From IMG/VR virus record IMGVR_UViG_3300024496_000014: a DNA stretch of 64,000 bases, one strand, 5' to 3'. Numbering within the stretch: position 1 is the stretch's first letter; each line of letters starts with the position of its first letter. The notes under the pieces are model-generated. The model searched no databases. It was given only the letters and a program-made list of their open reading frames with translations, and was not told the origin of the DNA. The position numbers and the translations under genes were made by a program. This stretch comes from an uncultured virus (IMG/VR IMGVR_UViG_3300024496_000014) (Duplodnaviria > Heunggongvirae > Uroviricota > Caudoviricetes). Shown here in pieces: positions 40,554-48,864 of this stretch.

Positions 40554-41570
40554 TTAAAATATTACGCTGTATAAAAAGGCTTTTCTTTTACTTATTAATT
40601 CGTCTGTGGTAGATGTATTAACAAAATATAAACCTGTTTTACCTGTTCCAATTGTTCCGCCGTATAGCAATGTAGCATTATCAACCGAAGCTGGTGTTAC
40701 TCCGTTGTCGTCTAATTGCAACGCATAGGTAATTTCAACTTTACCTGTGCTGTTTGTTTCTAATTTAATATTACCACTTGAACTTGTAGTTTGAATAACA
40801 GCGGCATCTGCTGTACCAAATGGTGCTCCCGGGGCGGCGTCTTCAGTAAAGAAATTTAAACCCGCAAAGCGAATTTGTGATCTAGAAAATGCTGCAACTT
40901 CAAAATCGTCTACTAAAATAGAAACTAAACTTTCGCTCGGCTGTGAAATATAAGGTCCGATAGAATTTGATAATGATAAAGAAGGTATCAACGGATCATT
41001 AGCATCAAATGCTACAACACGAGTATCATCTCTTCTTAATTGATATGTTGGATTATTCAAAATTGCATAATCAACATAATCTTTATTTGGAATGTCATCT
41101 GGATCGGTAACTTGTAAACGATAGTTGTCAGTACCTAATACTTTAACAACTCCTGTTCCAAATCCAATTAATGTTAAATCGCCATCATCAGTGTCAGCGT
41201 TAGTTAAAACTTCTTTAAGTCTTAACCTGCTATCATTGTAATCATATCCACTTTCGGGTGTTCCGTTACCAATGTTCCAGGTATCATCATTTTCGTCATA
41301 GATAATAGCAGTTTTGTTTTCTGTACCTCTATCAACTTCCATGCCTGAATAGCGCAGGGTCACCCCTGCGCCAGTTTCACCATAGTTTAATGTGATCAAA
41401 TTATCCTGAACCTGCAAGTTTTCTGCAGATACGGTTAATGTATCTCCGTCTACTACTAGGTTTCCAGTGACCCTAACTTCTCCCACACCCGGTCCGGTAT
41501 TTAAAGTTACCTTCCCACCAGTTTTGGTTTTTATATTATAGTCACCGTTGACTTGGATATATTGACCCAT
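40554..41570 (-). CDS. Virion structural protein
   Basis: DNLITLNYGETG, GMEVDRG, IPNKDYVD fibre-like motifs. Confidence 0.65.
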   Translation of the reverse strand: MGQYIQVNGDYNIKTKTGGKVTLNTGPGVGEVRVTGNLVVDGDTLTVSAENLQVQDNLITLNYGETGAGVTLRYSGMEVDRGTENKTAIIYDENDDTWNIGNGTPESGYDYNDSRLRLKEVLTNADTDDGDLTLIGFGTGVVKVLGTDNYRLQVTDPDDIPNKDYVDYAILNNPTYQLRRDDTRVVAFDANDPLIPSLSLSNSIGPYISQPSESLVSILVDDFEVAAFSRSQIRFAGLNFFTEDAAPGAPFGTADAAVIQTTSSSGNIKLETNSTGKVEITYALQLDDNGVTPASVDNATLLYGGTIGTGKTGLYFVNTSTTDELISKRKAFLYSVIF

Positions 41571-41586
41571 GAATACTTCCTAAAAA

Positions 41587-41970
41587 TTAAACTGCTGTTA
41601 GAACAATATAATCTGCAGATGAATCAGACTCTAAGTACCATGTATAACGATTGCCGCTAAAGTCTGTAAAAATACGCTTAGTAATTTTTGCGCAATTTAC
41701 TAGGTTAGCATCTAACATTCCAGATGTTGAACCAGTGATTTGCATTTCACCGCCTGCACTTGGTGTTCCGTTTGTTAAAACACAAGTATAGATAGTTGTT
41801 GGGGAACCTCTTCTAGCAACAACAAAAGTTTTTGCACCACGTTGTTTAATGATGATTCCGTCTGTTCTTAATGAGCTACCGTCATGAAATTTTACGGTAA
41901 TACCAGTATCGCTAACTGGTGTGTTAATTACGTCAGTACCTCTGACATCTTTTCTTAATGGACGTCCCAT
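41587..41970 (-). CDS. Hypothetical virion protein (MGRPL start), directly downstream of the head module
   Basis: Strong AAAGGAG SD; own late promoter at 42038-42043. Confidence 0.65.
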   Translation of the reverse strand: MGRPLRKDVRGTDVINTPVSDTGITVKFHDGSSLRTDGIIIKQRGAKTFVVARRGSPTTIYTCVLTNGTPSAGGEMQITGSTSGMLDANLVNCAKITKRIFTDFSGNRYTWYLESDSSADYIVLTAV

Positions 41971-42043
41971 TTGTTTTCTCCTTTGAATGACGTTCTGGGT
42001 CTACGCGGTGGGTACCGCATAAATCATTACGATACTTTATTTA

Positions 42044-42310
42044 TCAGCGACCAAGTAATGCCATTAGCTCTAATTTTTCTACTAATTCGATTACTCTGTT
42101 AATTTCGTCTATTTCTGCTTGCGCTCTTTCTAAATATTGTCTTTGATGCGTTTGTCTATAGTGTACTCCAGCAATTGCAAAATTTTGTATGTGATTTTCT
42201 ATAATTTGTTCGATTCGATTAACATCATGAGTAAACATAGGAAAACGACTACGCCATGCTTGAATATGCTTGCGTAGTAAAGAAAAATCTTTTTCTCCTT
42301 CAATTCGCAT
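42044..42310 (-). CDS. Hypothetical helical protein
   Basis: ATG at 42310 lies 5 nt after TAAATA (42316-42321). Confidence 0.55.
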   Translation of the reverse strand: MRIEGEKDFSLLRKHIQAWRSRFPMFTHDVNRIEQIIENHIQNFAIAGVHYRQTHQRQYLERAQAEIDEINRVIELVEKLELMALLGR

Positions 42311-42329
42311 ACCAATATTTAAGTCAAAC

Positions 42330-42353
42330 AAAAAGCCCCTTGCGGGGCTTTTT
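42330..42353. terminator. Bidirectional Rho-independent terminator after the major capsid gene
   Basis: AAAAAGCCCC-(GCAA on minus)-GGGGCTTTTT. Confidence 0.85.
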
Positions 42354-42378
42354 GAATTTCGCTTATGAAATTTACTAA

Positions 42379-43548
42379 TTAAGCAAACTTCAAGTTAGCT
42401 GTTGTAACAGCAACTTTAGCTAGGTAGTCAGCTGCATTACCTAGAGAAGAAGCTGTGTTAGTTAGTTCTACATAACCATAACGTGTCATGAAGCTAACTA
42501 CTGGTTCAAATGTTGATGGATCCAATACAACACCGCTGCTCATCAATGGAATGTATGGGCAGTAGAATGCTGGAGCATCAGATTCGCTAGAACCTTTGTA
42601 ACCAATTAGAACGTCATCGCTTGTAGCGTATGTGTTAACAAACACTCTCATTGCGCCGTTCAATGTACCAACAAACTTAGTGTTTGTAGGTGCTTCGAAT
42701 GTACCTTCTGTTGTTCTTGCGAAAGCAGAAGTTGTAGCACTTTGTAGAAGTGTCAATGTTGTTGGGCTAACAACTGCATAGTTACCAGCACCACGACGTG
42801 TACGCTGAGCGATTAGGTTAGAAGCACGGTTGATTTGAACAGCTAGAGCAGCGTGTTCGTCACCAACGAATGTAGCAGTACCAGAAACGCTGTTTTGATC
42901 GTATGTTAATACGGTACCAGCTAGGCTGTTTAAGCTACCAATAACTTCTTGATCAATCTCAGCAGTAATTTCTTGTGCCAATGCGGCCATGATTTCTGCT
43001 TCGATATCAATACCTTGTTGAGCTTGTGCATCTTGTGCAGCTTCGAAAGTCCAGCGAGCTGATAACTTACGAGTTTTAGCTTCAACGGTTTGTTTCAAGA
43101 TTTGAATGCTTAGTCTGTTACCAGCTACGCCTTCAAGAGCTGCTGTAGAAGCTGCCTTGTCGTTAGCTGCACCAGAATAGCCTTCAGCAATCTTGAATGG
43201 GCTTAGTGCTTCGTCACCGGCTGTAATATCAGTACCACTTGTGCTGTTAAAGCTATCTGCATAGCGAACACGCAATGTGTGGATCTGACCAACTGGTCCA
43301 GTCATAGGCTGTACGCCTACCAACTCGTTAGCAATAACGGTTGGCATAACACGTCTGATTACTGGAAGAATGACGCGATTTAGTGTTGCAACGTTACCGG
43401 CGGAAGTAGCACCAGCTGTAGCACTTTCTGCTAGATACTTGCGAGTATTTTCTAGAGTAGTTGCCATAACGGTACGCTTGTTACCTTGTAGGCCTTCTAA
43501 TAGTGCCTCTTTGGTTTCCGACCAGCGTGACTCGAGTAGTTGTGACAT
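42379..43548 (-). CDS. gp23: Major capsid protein
   Basis: VGVQPMTGPVGQI, EAKTRKL.A.WT.E.AQD, EIDQE, TRRGAGN, FYCPYIPL, FMTRYG. Confidence 0.96.
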   Translation of the reverse strand: MSQLLESRWSETKEALLEGLQGNKRTVMATTLENTRKYLAESATAGATSAGNVATLNRVILPVIRRVMPTVIANELVGVQPMTGPVGQIHTLRVRYADSFNSTSGTDITAGDEALSPFKIAEGYSGAANDKAASTAALEGVAGNRLSIQILKQTVEAKTRKLSARWTFEAAQDAQAQQGIDIEAEIMAALAQEITAEIDQEVIGSLNSLAGTVLTYDQNSVSGTATFVGDEHAALAVQINRASNLIAQRTRRGAGNYAVVSPTTLTLLQSATTSAFARTTEGTFEAPTNTKFVGTLNGAMRVFVNTYATSDDVLIGYKGSSESDAPAFYCPYIPLMSSGVVLDPSTFEPVVSFMTRYGYVELTNTASSLGNAADYLAKVAVTTANLKFA

Positions 43549-43558
43549 ATAGTTCTCC

Positions 43559-44656
43559 TTAAACTTTTAGTCCCGCAAGCCTGCGGATGTCAAATATTTC
43601 AGCGGTTTTCTCTTCGCTTCCGCTGATTGATTGTGCCTTTTCTTTATTGCCTGTAACTTCTTTAGCCTCTGTGAGTGCTTTCTTCGCCGGTGCTCCACCA
43701 TCCATAACGGCTGGTAGATACTTGTCGAAAGCTCCATGTAATTTCTCAGTTTGAACTGATTCTAGTAGTTCGCGCATAACTTCTCGCTTATCACCTGATA
43801 ATGGGCCAAGCAATTCGCTCATAACGTCCTTGCGTTTAGCTTCATTAACGATTTTAGCAATTTGTGCTTCTTTGCTCTCTACTAGTTTTTGTGATTCTGC
43901 AACAACTTTAGCTGCTTCTTCAACTTCTTTAGTTTTTTGTTCAACAACTTTTAGAAGTTTAGCTGTCTCTGATTTCTCATTGAGATAGCTCGTTGCAAAT
44001 TCGCTAGCAAAACTTTCAAAAATTCTGCGACCAAAGTCATTCTTGCGGGCTGCTTCGATGTCTTCACGTAACTGAGTCATTTCAGAACGTAGGCCTTTGC
44101 TTACGGTTTCTTCAATGATTTTAGCTGAACGTGCAATAAATTCCTTGCGAACTTGTTCAAACTTAGCCTTGCTTTCGCGGACTAGTTTAACTTTAGTTTC
44201 TGCAAGATCTTTCTTATCTTGATGGAATTCTGCAATTTCCTTTGCTAGAGCATCAACGATAAATGATTCTAATTTAGAGACATTTTCTGCAACTGACTTG
44301 CGATCTGCGTGTAGTTCTGACACTTCCTTTTGTAGATTGTTAAAAATAAATGACTCAAATGCTTTCGCATCAGTAGTCATTTTCTTAACGTACTTGGCTT
44401 TAGCTTCAATCAATCCTTGACGATCTTCTGCAAGTTCTGATAACTCAGCTTGTAAACGATCAACTAACATCGATTCAACGGCTTCAACCATTGCGGACTT
44501 GTCATGCTCATATTTTTGAGCAAACTCTTCACGTAGTGCAGCAGTGACTTGTTCACGGTTTTCTTGAATTCTGCTATCCCAAGCAGCTTCAATTTCCGAT
44601 TTAATTTCTTCGGAAATCACATTGTTCTCAAACAATTGTTTTACGATATCTAGCAT
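43559..44656 (-). CDS. gp22: Prohead scaffold protein
   Basis: Long coiled coil between protease and capsid genes; RIFESF motif. Confidence 0.85.
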   Translation of the reverse strand: MLDIVKQLFENNVISEEIKSEIEAAWDSRIQENREQVTAALREEFAQKYEHDKSAMVEAVESMLVDRLQAELSELAEDRQGLIEAKAKYVKKMTTDAKAFESFIFNNLQKEVSELHADRKSVAENVSKLESFIVDALAKEIAEFHQDKKDLAETKVKLVRESKAKFEQVRKEFIARSAKIIEETVSKGLRSEMTQLREDIEAARKNDFGRRIFESFASEFATSYLNEKSETAKLLKVVEQKTKEVEEAAKVVAESQKLVESKEAQIAKIVNEAKRKDVMSELLGPLSGDKREVMRELLESVQTEKLHGAFDKYLPAVMDGGAPAKKALTEAKEVTGNKEKAQSISGSEEKTAEIFDIRRLAGLKV

Positions 44657-44672
44657 GTGATTCTCCTACTGG

Positions 44673-45299
44673 TTATTTGAGCCTTGCGATTATTCGCTTT
44701 AGGCTCTCTGCTAAGTATTTCTGTGCCTTTGGGTCGCCTTTAACTTCTTGTGCTATTCTATAAGCCTGATATCCACCTGTATTGTTCATCAAGTGTTCAT
44801 AAACTGGTGTTGGATAAGCGCCTGGTGCGCTTGGTTGTGCTACTACATCAACCGTAATAATTTCAAATCCTTGAACGTTTCCGCTGTTATCAACTTCTCC
44901 AGATCCACGACTTGAAACTCCAAGTTTAACTCCCGACTCCAACATAGTCTTAACTAATTGACCCATTGGAGTAGGAAGAATTTTTAGTTTTCCGTAGCCG
45001 TTAGGGCCGTCCATCCACATTTTAGTAATCATGTGTGATACACGGTCGAGGTTGATACGTAAATCCTGAGGATGATCAACTTCCCCTAGCACGGAGTATC
45101 CGCCAGAGATTTGTTCGTTGAGCGTCTTGACAGCCCTGCCAATTTCTTGAGAAGAATAAACACGCTGATTTGCATTTCGGATATCGCCCTGGATGCAAAT
45201 CCCGTTTAGGAAGAGCGACTTTTTGTCGCCCTCACCTTCGCTCTCTAAGACAATCTTAGCCTGGTCAAAACTCAGATGTTCTGCTAAGGTAGTTTTCAC
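44673..45299 (-). CDS. gp21: Prohead protease
   Basis: NANQRVY, GEVDHP, VSHMI, GVSSRGSG, DVVAQPSAPGA; GTG start. Confidence 0.93.
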   Translation of the reverse strand: MKTTLAEHLSFDQAKIVLESEGEGDKKSLFLNGICIQGDIRNANQRVYSSQEIGRAVKTLNEQISGGYSVLGEVDHPQDLRINLDRVSHMITKMWMDGPNGYGKLKILPTPMGQLVKTMLESGVKLGVSSRGSGEVDNSGNVQGFEIITVDVVAQPSAPGAYPTPVYEHLMNNTGGYQAYRIAQEVKGDPKAQKYLAESLKRIIARLK

Positions 45300-45313
45300 C
45301 TATTTGTCCTCAA

Positions 45314-46204
45314 TTATCTACGACCACGGAAAAGGCTTTGCTTGTTATCGGCGCTTTCGCCGGAACCTTTTTTCTCAGCACCATGACCTGGTTCTTTTGA
45401 TTTGAAACCAGTTTTACCAGCGTTACCGCCTGGTACATTCACGTTGCCTTTAGCATCTGGATTGTCGCTTACCTTACCTTTTTCAAGACCATTGCCTTTT
45501 AATGCGCCTTGGTTAGCGTAAGTAGCTGCATCTTCTTTAGAAGAAAGGATGTTAGCAGTTGTACCGCCCATATCATTCTTCATGTTGTCGATTGTAGACT
45601 TTGTGTTGTCAGATTTTTCAGCAGCACCTTTCTTTTCAGCACCGTGACCTGCTGGAACTTTTTCTACATATTCACGAACGGTTTCTAAATCAAAACCTTC
45701 TTCTTCAGGCATATCGTCACTGCCTTCTTCGTCACCAAACTCGCCTTGGGCTTCTTCTTCGCCTTTTAGCTGCGCAAATTTAGCTTGTAGTTCGTCAACA
45801 ATAGACTCTAAATCTTGCATAATTTCTTCTTCAGATTGCTCGCCGCCTTCTTCGTCACCCATTTCTAGGTCACCTTCTAGGTCGTCTGTTGGATCACCGC
45901 CCATTTCAGGCTCGTCGCCACCTTCAAAAGCAACATCTTCGAAGTTTTCATCTAGATCATCTTCGTCGCTATCTTCTTCGGAAGCTTCGTCAACTTTGTC
46001 TTCTTCTGCATCATCATCTTGTGCAGCTTCGTCCATGTCTTCGTCTTCTTTATCTTCTTCTTCTGCGATTTCAGATTCAATTAAATTTTCGTAGATTTCG
46101 CGTGATGCTTGTACTACGTATTCGTGGAAAAGCTCATCAGCTTTTGCTTGATCGTCGTTAACCAAATGCTCTAGCATTTGGCTTAATAAATTCTTATCTG
46201 CCAT
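45314..46204 (-). CDS. Highly acidic prohead core-like protein
   Basis: D/E-rich middle; position between portal and protease (gp67/68 position); late promoter at 46243-46248. Confidence 0.65.
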   Translation of the reverse strand: MADKNLLSQMLEHLVNDDQAKADELFHEYVVQASREIYENLIESEIAEEEDKEDEDMDEAAQDDDAEEDKVDEASEEDSDEDDLDENFEDVAFEGGDEPEMGGDPTDDLEGDLEMGDEEGGEQSEEEIMQDLESIVDELQAKFAQLKGEEEAQGEFGDEEGSDDMPEEEGFDLETVREYVEKVPAGHGAEKKGAAEKSDNTKSTIDNMKNDMGGTTANILSSKEDAATYANQGALKGNGLEKGKVSDNPDAKGNVNVPGGNAGKTGFKSKEPGHGAEKKGSGESADNKQSLFRGRR

Positions 46205-46270
46205 GTTAAATTCTCCTTCAAGGTATGGTTAGGCTGTGTTTTTATTTACTGCGTAGATTAAAAAAAGGGG

Positions 46271-46912
46271 TTAAATGACGTTTTTTTGATTCGTTTGGTC
46301 AGAATATATAGTTCCGGGGAACTTTTTTTCAAATTCTTCAAAACTTATATGTTTTAAATTTGGTAATGTAGGGCCAAGTTTTTCTGGAATAAATGATCCC
46401 GATTCTACTACTCTGTAAAACTGATTACCTCTCCAATCTCTAATCGTTTTTTCTGTTTGACTTAGCCAATTACCGTGGTAAGTGGGCGGTTCAAAACTCT
46501 TTTTATAGTTATATGTATCGGCATAAACATTGTTAAATTTACCTTCTATGCCTTCATAATCAAATCCAAAAATATATATGTCTTTGTGGCCGCAATCGCA
46601 AGCAAAATAAAGAGCTGTTGGACCGCTACTCCATCCCCTATGCGGATGGAAAAAGTTAACTCCGGACTTAGTATTAACTCCTTTGTTTGGATTTGTCCAT
46701 ACAGAATGTGTTCTGTGATACCCGCTGGCTATAATTTCGTTGACCATTTTTACGTCAACTGCAATTAAAAAATCGGGTTCAAATTCTCTGTAAAGTGCGT
46801 TACAACCAAATGTAGTGCCGTATTCTGGCAGGGCAGCATGATTTAATCTTAGTCTGCTACGCCCATTACCAAGTACGAAAGCTGGTTCATTCCGCGGGTT
46901 GCTGTGCTTCAA
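46271..46912 (-). CDS. Putative glycosyltransferase-like protein (GNGxS motif; DUF115/Maf/sialyltransferase-like)
   Basis: AFVLGNGRS, GCNALY, PDFLIAVD, SSGPTA, IYIFGFD. Start uncertain (TTG at 46912 chosen). Confidence 0.55.
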   Translation of the reverse strand: MKHSNPRNEPAFVLGNGRSRLRLNHAALPEYGTTFGCNALYREFEPDFLIAVDVKMVNEIIASGYHRTHSVWTNPNKGVNTKSGVNFFHPHRGWSSGPTALYFACDCGHKDIYIFGFDYEGIEGKFNNVYADTYNYKKSFEPPTYHGNWLSQTEKTIRDWRGNQFYRVVESGSFIPEKLGPTLPNLKHISFEEFEKKFPGTIYSDQTNQKNVI

Positions 46913-47135
46913 CTGGAGTACCGTACATCTGTTGTATAAACGAACGCTCTGATTGTTCTTCCATTTCATGAGCTTCGCTTTGTTGGCGCAGTTGGTTGAT
47001 TTGTCGTAAAGTTAATCGAATTTTACGAGTATCTGATTTTTTTAAGACAGAACTATCTCTGGAAGCGTCATATCTTTGATCGTTTCCAAAGTCGTTTGTA
47101 TTGTCGTTAAAATAGAAAAATTCACGTAGAAGCAT
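46887..47135 (-). CDS. Small hypothetical head-region protein
   Basis: MLLREFF...DTRKIRLTLRQIN...QQMYG; TAAATA 5 nt upstream. Confidence 0.65.
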   Translation of the reverse strand: MLLREFFYFNDNTNDFGNDQRYDASRDSSVLKKSDTRKIRLTLRQINQLRQQSEAHEMEEQSERSFIQQMYGTPVEAQQPAE

Positions 47136-47152
47136 AATAATATTTACCTAAG

Positions 47153-48850
47153 TTAGGCTGCTGGAGCAGCTTCAGGTTCAGCCCCTGGTTCAGCTGCTTG
47201 TGCTGCTAAATCGTCGGGTGCTTCTGCGTCTTGTCCACCCGCTTCTGCCGCCATACCTCCCGGTGTTACGCCAGCCGATCTTAAGTCTCCAGCAGCATCA
47301 TCCGTAGGTGTTAGGTTAGAACCATTTTCTTCGCGCCATAATGATTCATTTTCTTTAATTTCTTCTTCAGTTAATCCTAAGAAGCGTTTTAGTGCAAAAC
47401 GTTTGCTTAGATGAGGAATTTGTGAAACTTGTGAATATGTTGCTGCTCTTGCTGTGTCAAGTTCTGATTGACGATAAGCAGCAAAGTTTTGTGGAGTATT
47501 AAATTTTAATTCAAATAAACTATTGTCAATGTTTACGCCCTGCGCAGCCATCCAAAGTTTAAATTCAACATCAAATGTTTGCGCTATCATTGATTGTAAA
47601 CGTTTGCAATATTCATTAAATCGTAATTCTTGAATATATGCCGTTCCAACTTTTCCGTCGGCAATAGTATTACTTGCTTCTTCAATACCTGTTGGCAAGT
47701 ATGCTGCTGGTATTCTTAAAGCACGGAAAAGTTTGTTTGTAAAGAATCGTAAATCTGTAATTTCACCTAGATTAGTACCACCCGGTAGTGTTTCAACTTT
47801 AGAACCACGACCTTCAGCAGTTTGTGGGAAGAAGTAATCTTCGTTTACACTTAGTGGATTATAACTAGCGTCAACTAAATTATTGCCACCACCGCTGGCG
47901 CTAGGAATACGTCTTTGTTGGATTTCGTTTTTAACACGTTCAACAAAGCTCATAGCCATGTGTGCTGGCATATTTCCAACGTCTACATAGAAAATACGTC
48001 TTTCTGGAGCACGTTGTATACGATAGATAATAATAGCATCTTCAAGCAATTCTTTTTGCTTGTAGACTTTGAATACAGATTCTAAAATTGAATTGCCAAA
48101 AGGATAATTGTTGTCTAATCCTTCGCTTAAACTAATATGCACAACATTTTTTGCATCAACCGTTATTTCGTTTACTTGATTGTGAAATCTAGTGCCAGGA
48201 GGTCTTGCTGCATCCCCAACAAATCCTCTACCAAATCCACCGCCCGATACGGTATAACTACCAGTACCACTAGGTTGTGTATTTGATGTAGCATGAGGAG
48301 TTGTTGCAATTAGATTTGCAAAGTTAAAATTAATATCTTTTAAAACATATTGCTCGGGAATTTTTCCTTCGCTTTCGTTAACGATAATTTTTGTAACCTT
48401 AGCAGGATCAACATACAACCATTTTTTAGTTTCTGGATCTCTAACAAAGAAACAATCTCCGTATTTGAAAGAATTTCGAACTATACGAAAAATTCTTGTG
48501 TCAAATTGATTTTGTTTTGCCCACTTCTGTAGGCTTTCTTTAATTAACTTAACTTCGGTTCCGGTTGGTTTGCCTTTAAATGATAGTTGAAACGCTGTTC
48601 CATTTTCTCTATCTTTTTGTGTACAAAATTCAGCTAAGATATCTAGAGCTGCGTTAACTTCGCTGTCCATATCCATAGTGTCATATTGCATATATCGTTC
48701 GACACGATTTGGATTACCTGCATATACGTCAGGCAAGAATGATGAATAATTAGTTCTTGCAGGTCCTGGTCGCCCTCTACTGCCAATAGGACTCATTGTT
48801 CCTTGTTGGTTATCGATGTTGACAGGAGTAAAATATTTTTTCCAACTCAT
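47153..48850 (-). CDS. gp20: Portal protein
   Basis: LLEDAIIIYRIQRAPERRIFYVDVGN, EDYFFP, GRGSKVETLPGG, ELRF. Confidence 0.95.
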   Translation of the reverse strand: MSWKKYFTPVNIDNQQGTMSPIGSRGRPGPARTNYSSFLPDVYAGNPNRVERYMQYDTMDMDSEVNAALDILAEFCTQKDRENGTAFQLSFKGKPTGTEVKLIKESLQKWAKQNQFDTRIFRIVRNSFKYGDCFFVRDPETKKWLYVDPAKVTKIIVNESEGKIPEQYVLKDINFNFANLIATTPHATSNTQPSGTGSYTVSGGGFGRGFVGDAARPPGTRFHNQVNEITVDAKNVVHISLSEGLDNNYPFGNSILESVFKVYKQKELLEDAIIIYRIQRAPERRIFYVDVGNMPAHMAMSFVERVKNEIQQRRIPSASGGGNNLVDASYNPLSVNEDYFFPQTAEGRGSKVETLPGGTNLGEITDLRFFTNKLFRALRIPAAYLPTGIEEASNTIADGKVGTAYIQELRFNEYCKRLQSMIAQTFDVEFKLWMAAQGVNIDNSLFELKFNTPQNFAAYRQSELDTARAATYSQVSQIPHLSKRFALKRFLGLTEEEIKENESLWREENGSNLTPTDDAAGDLRSAGVTPGGMAAEAGGQDAEAPDDLAAQAAEPGAEPEAAPAA

Positions 48851-48864
48851 TTAATTAATGATCC

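Noticed and set aside
6018..40574. Many short antisense and off-frame ORFs within fibre and enzyme genes
   Set aside because: Almost all nested in longer, motif-bearing ORFs; no independent signals
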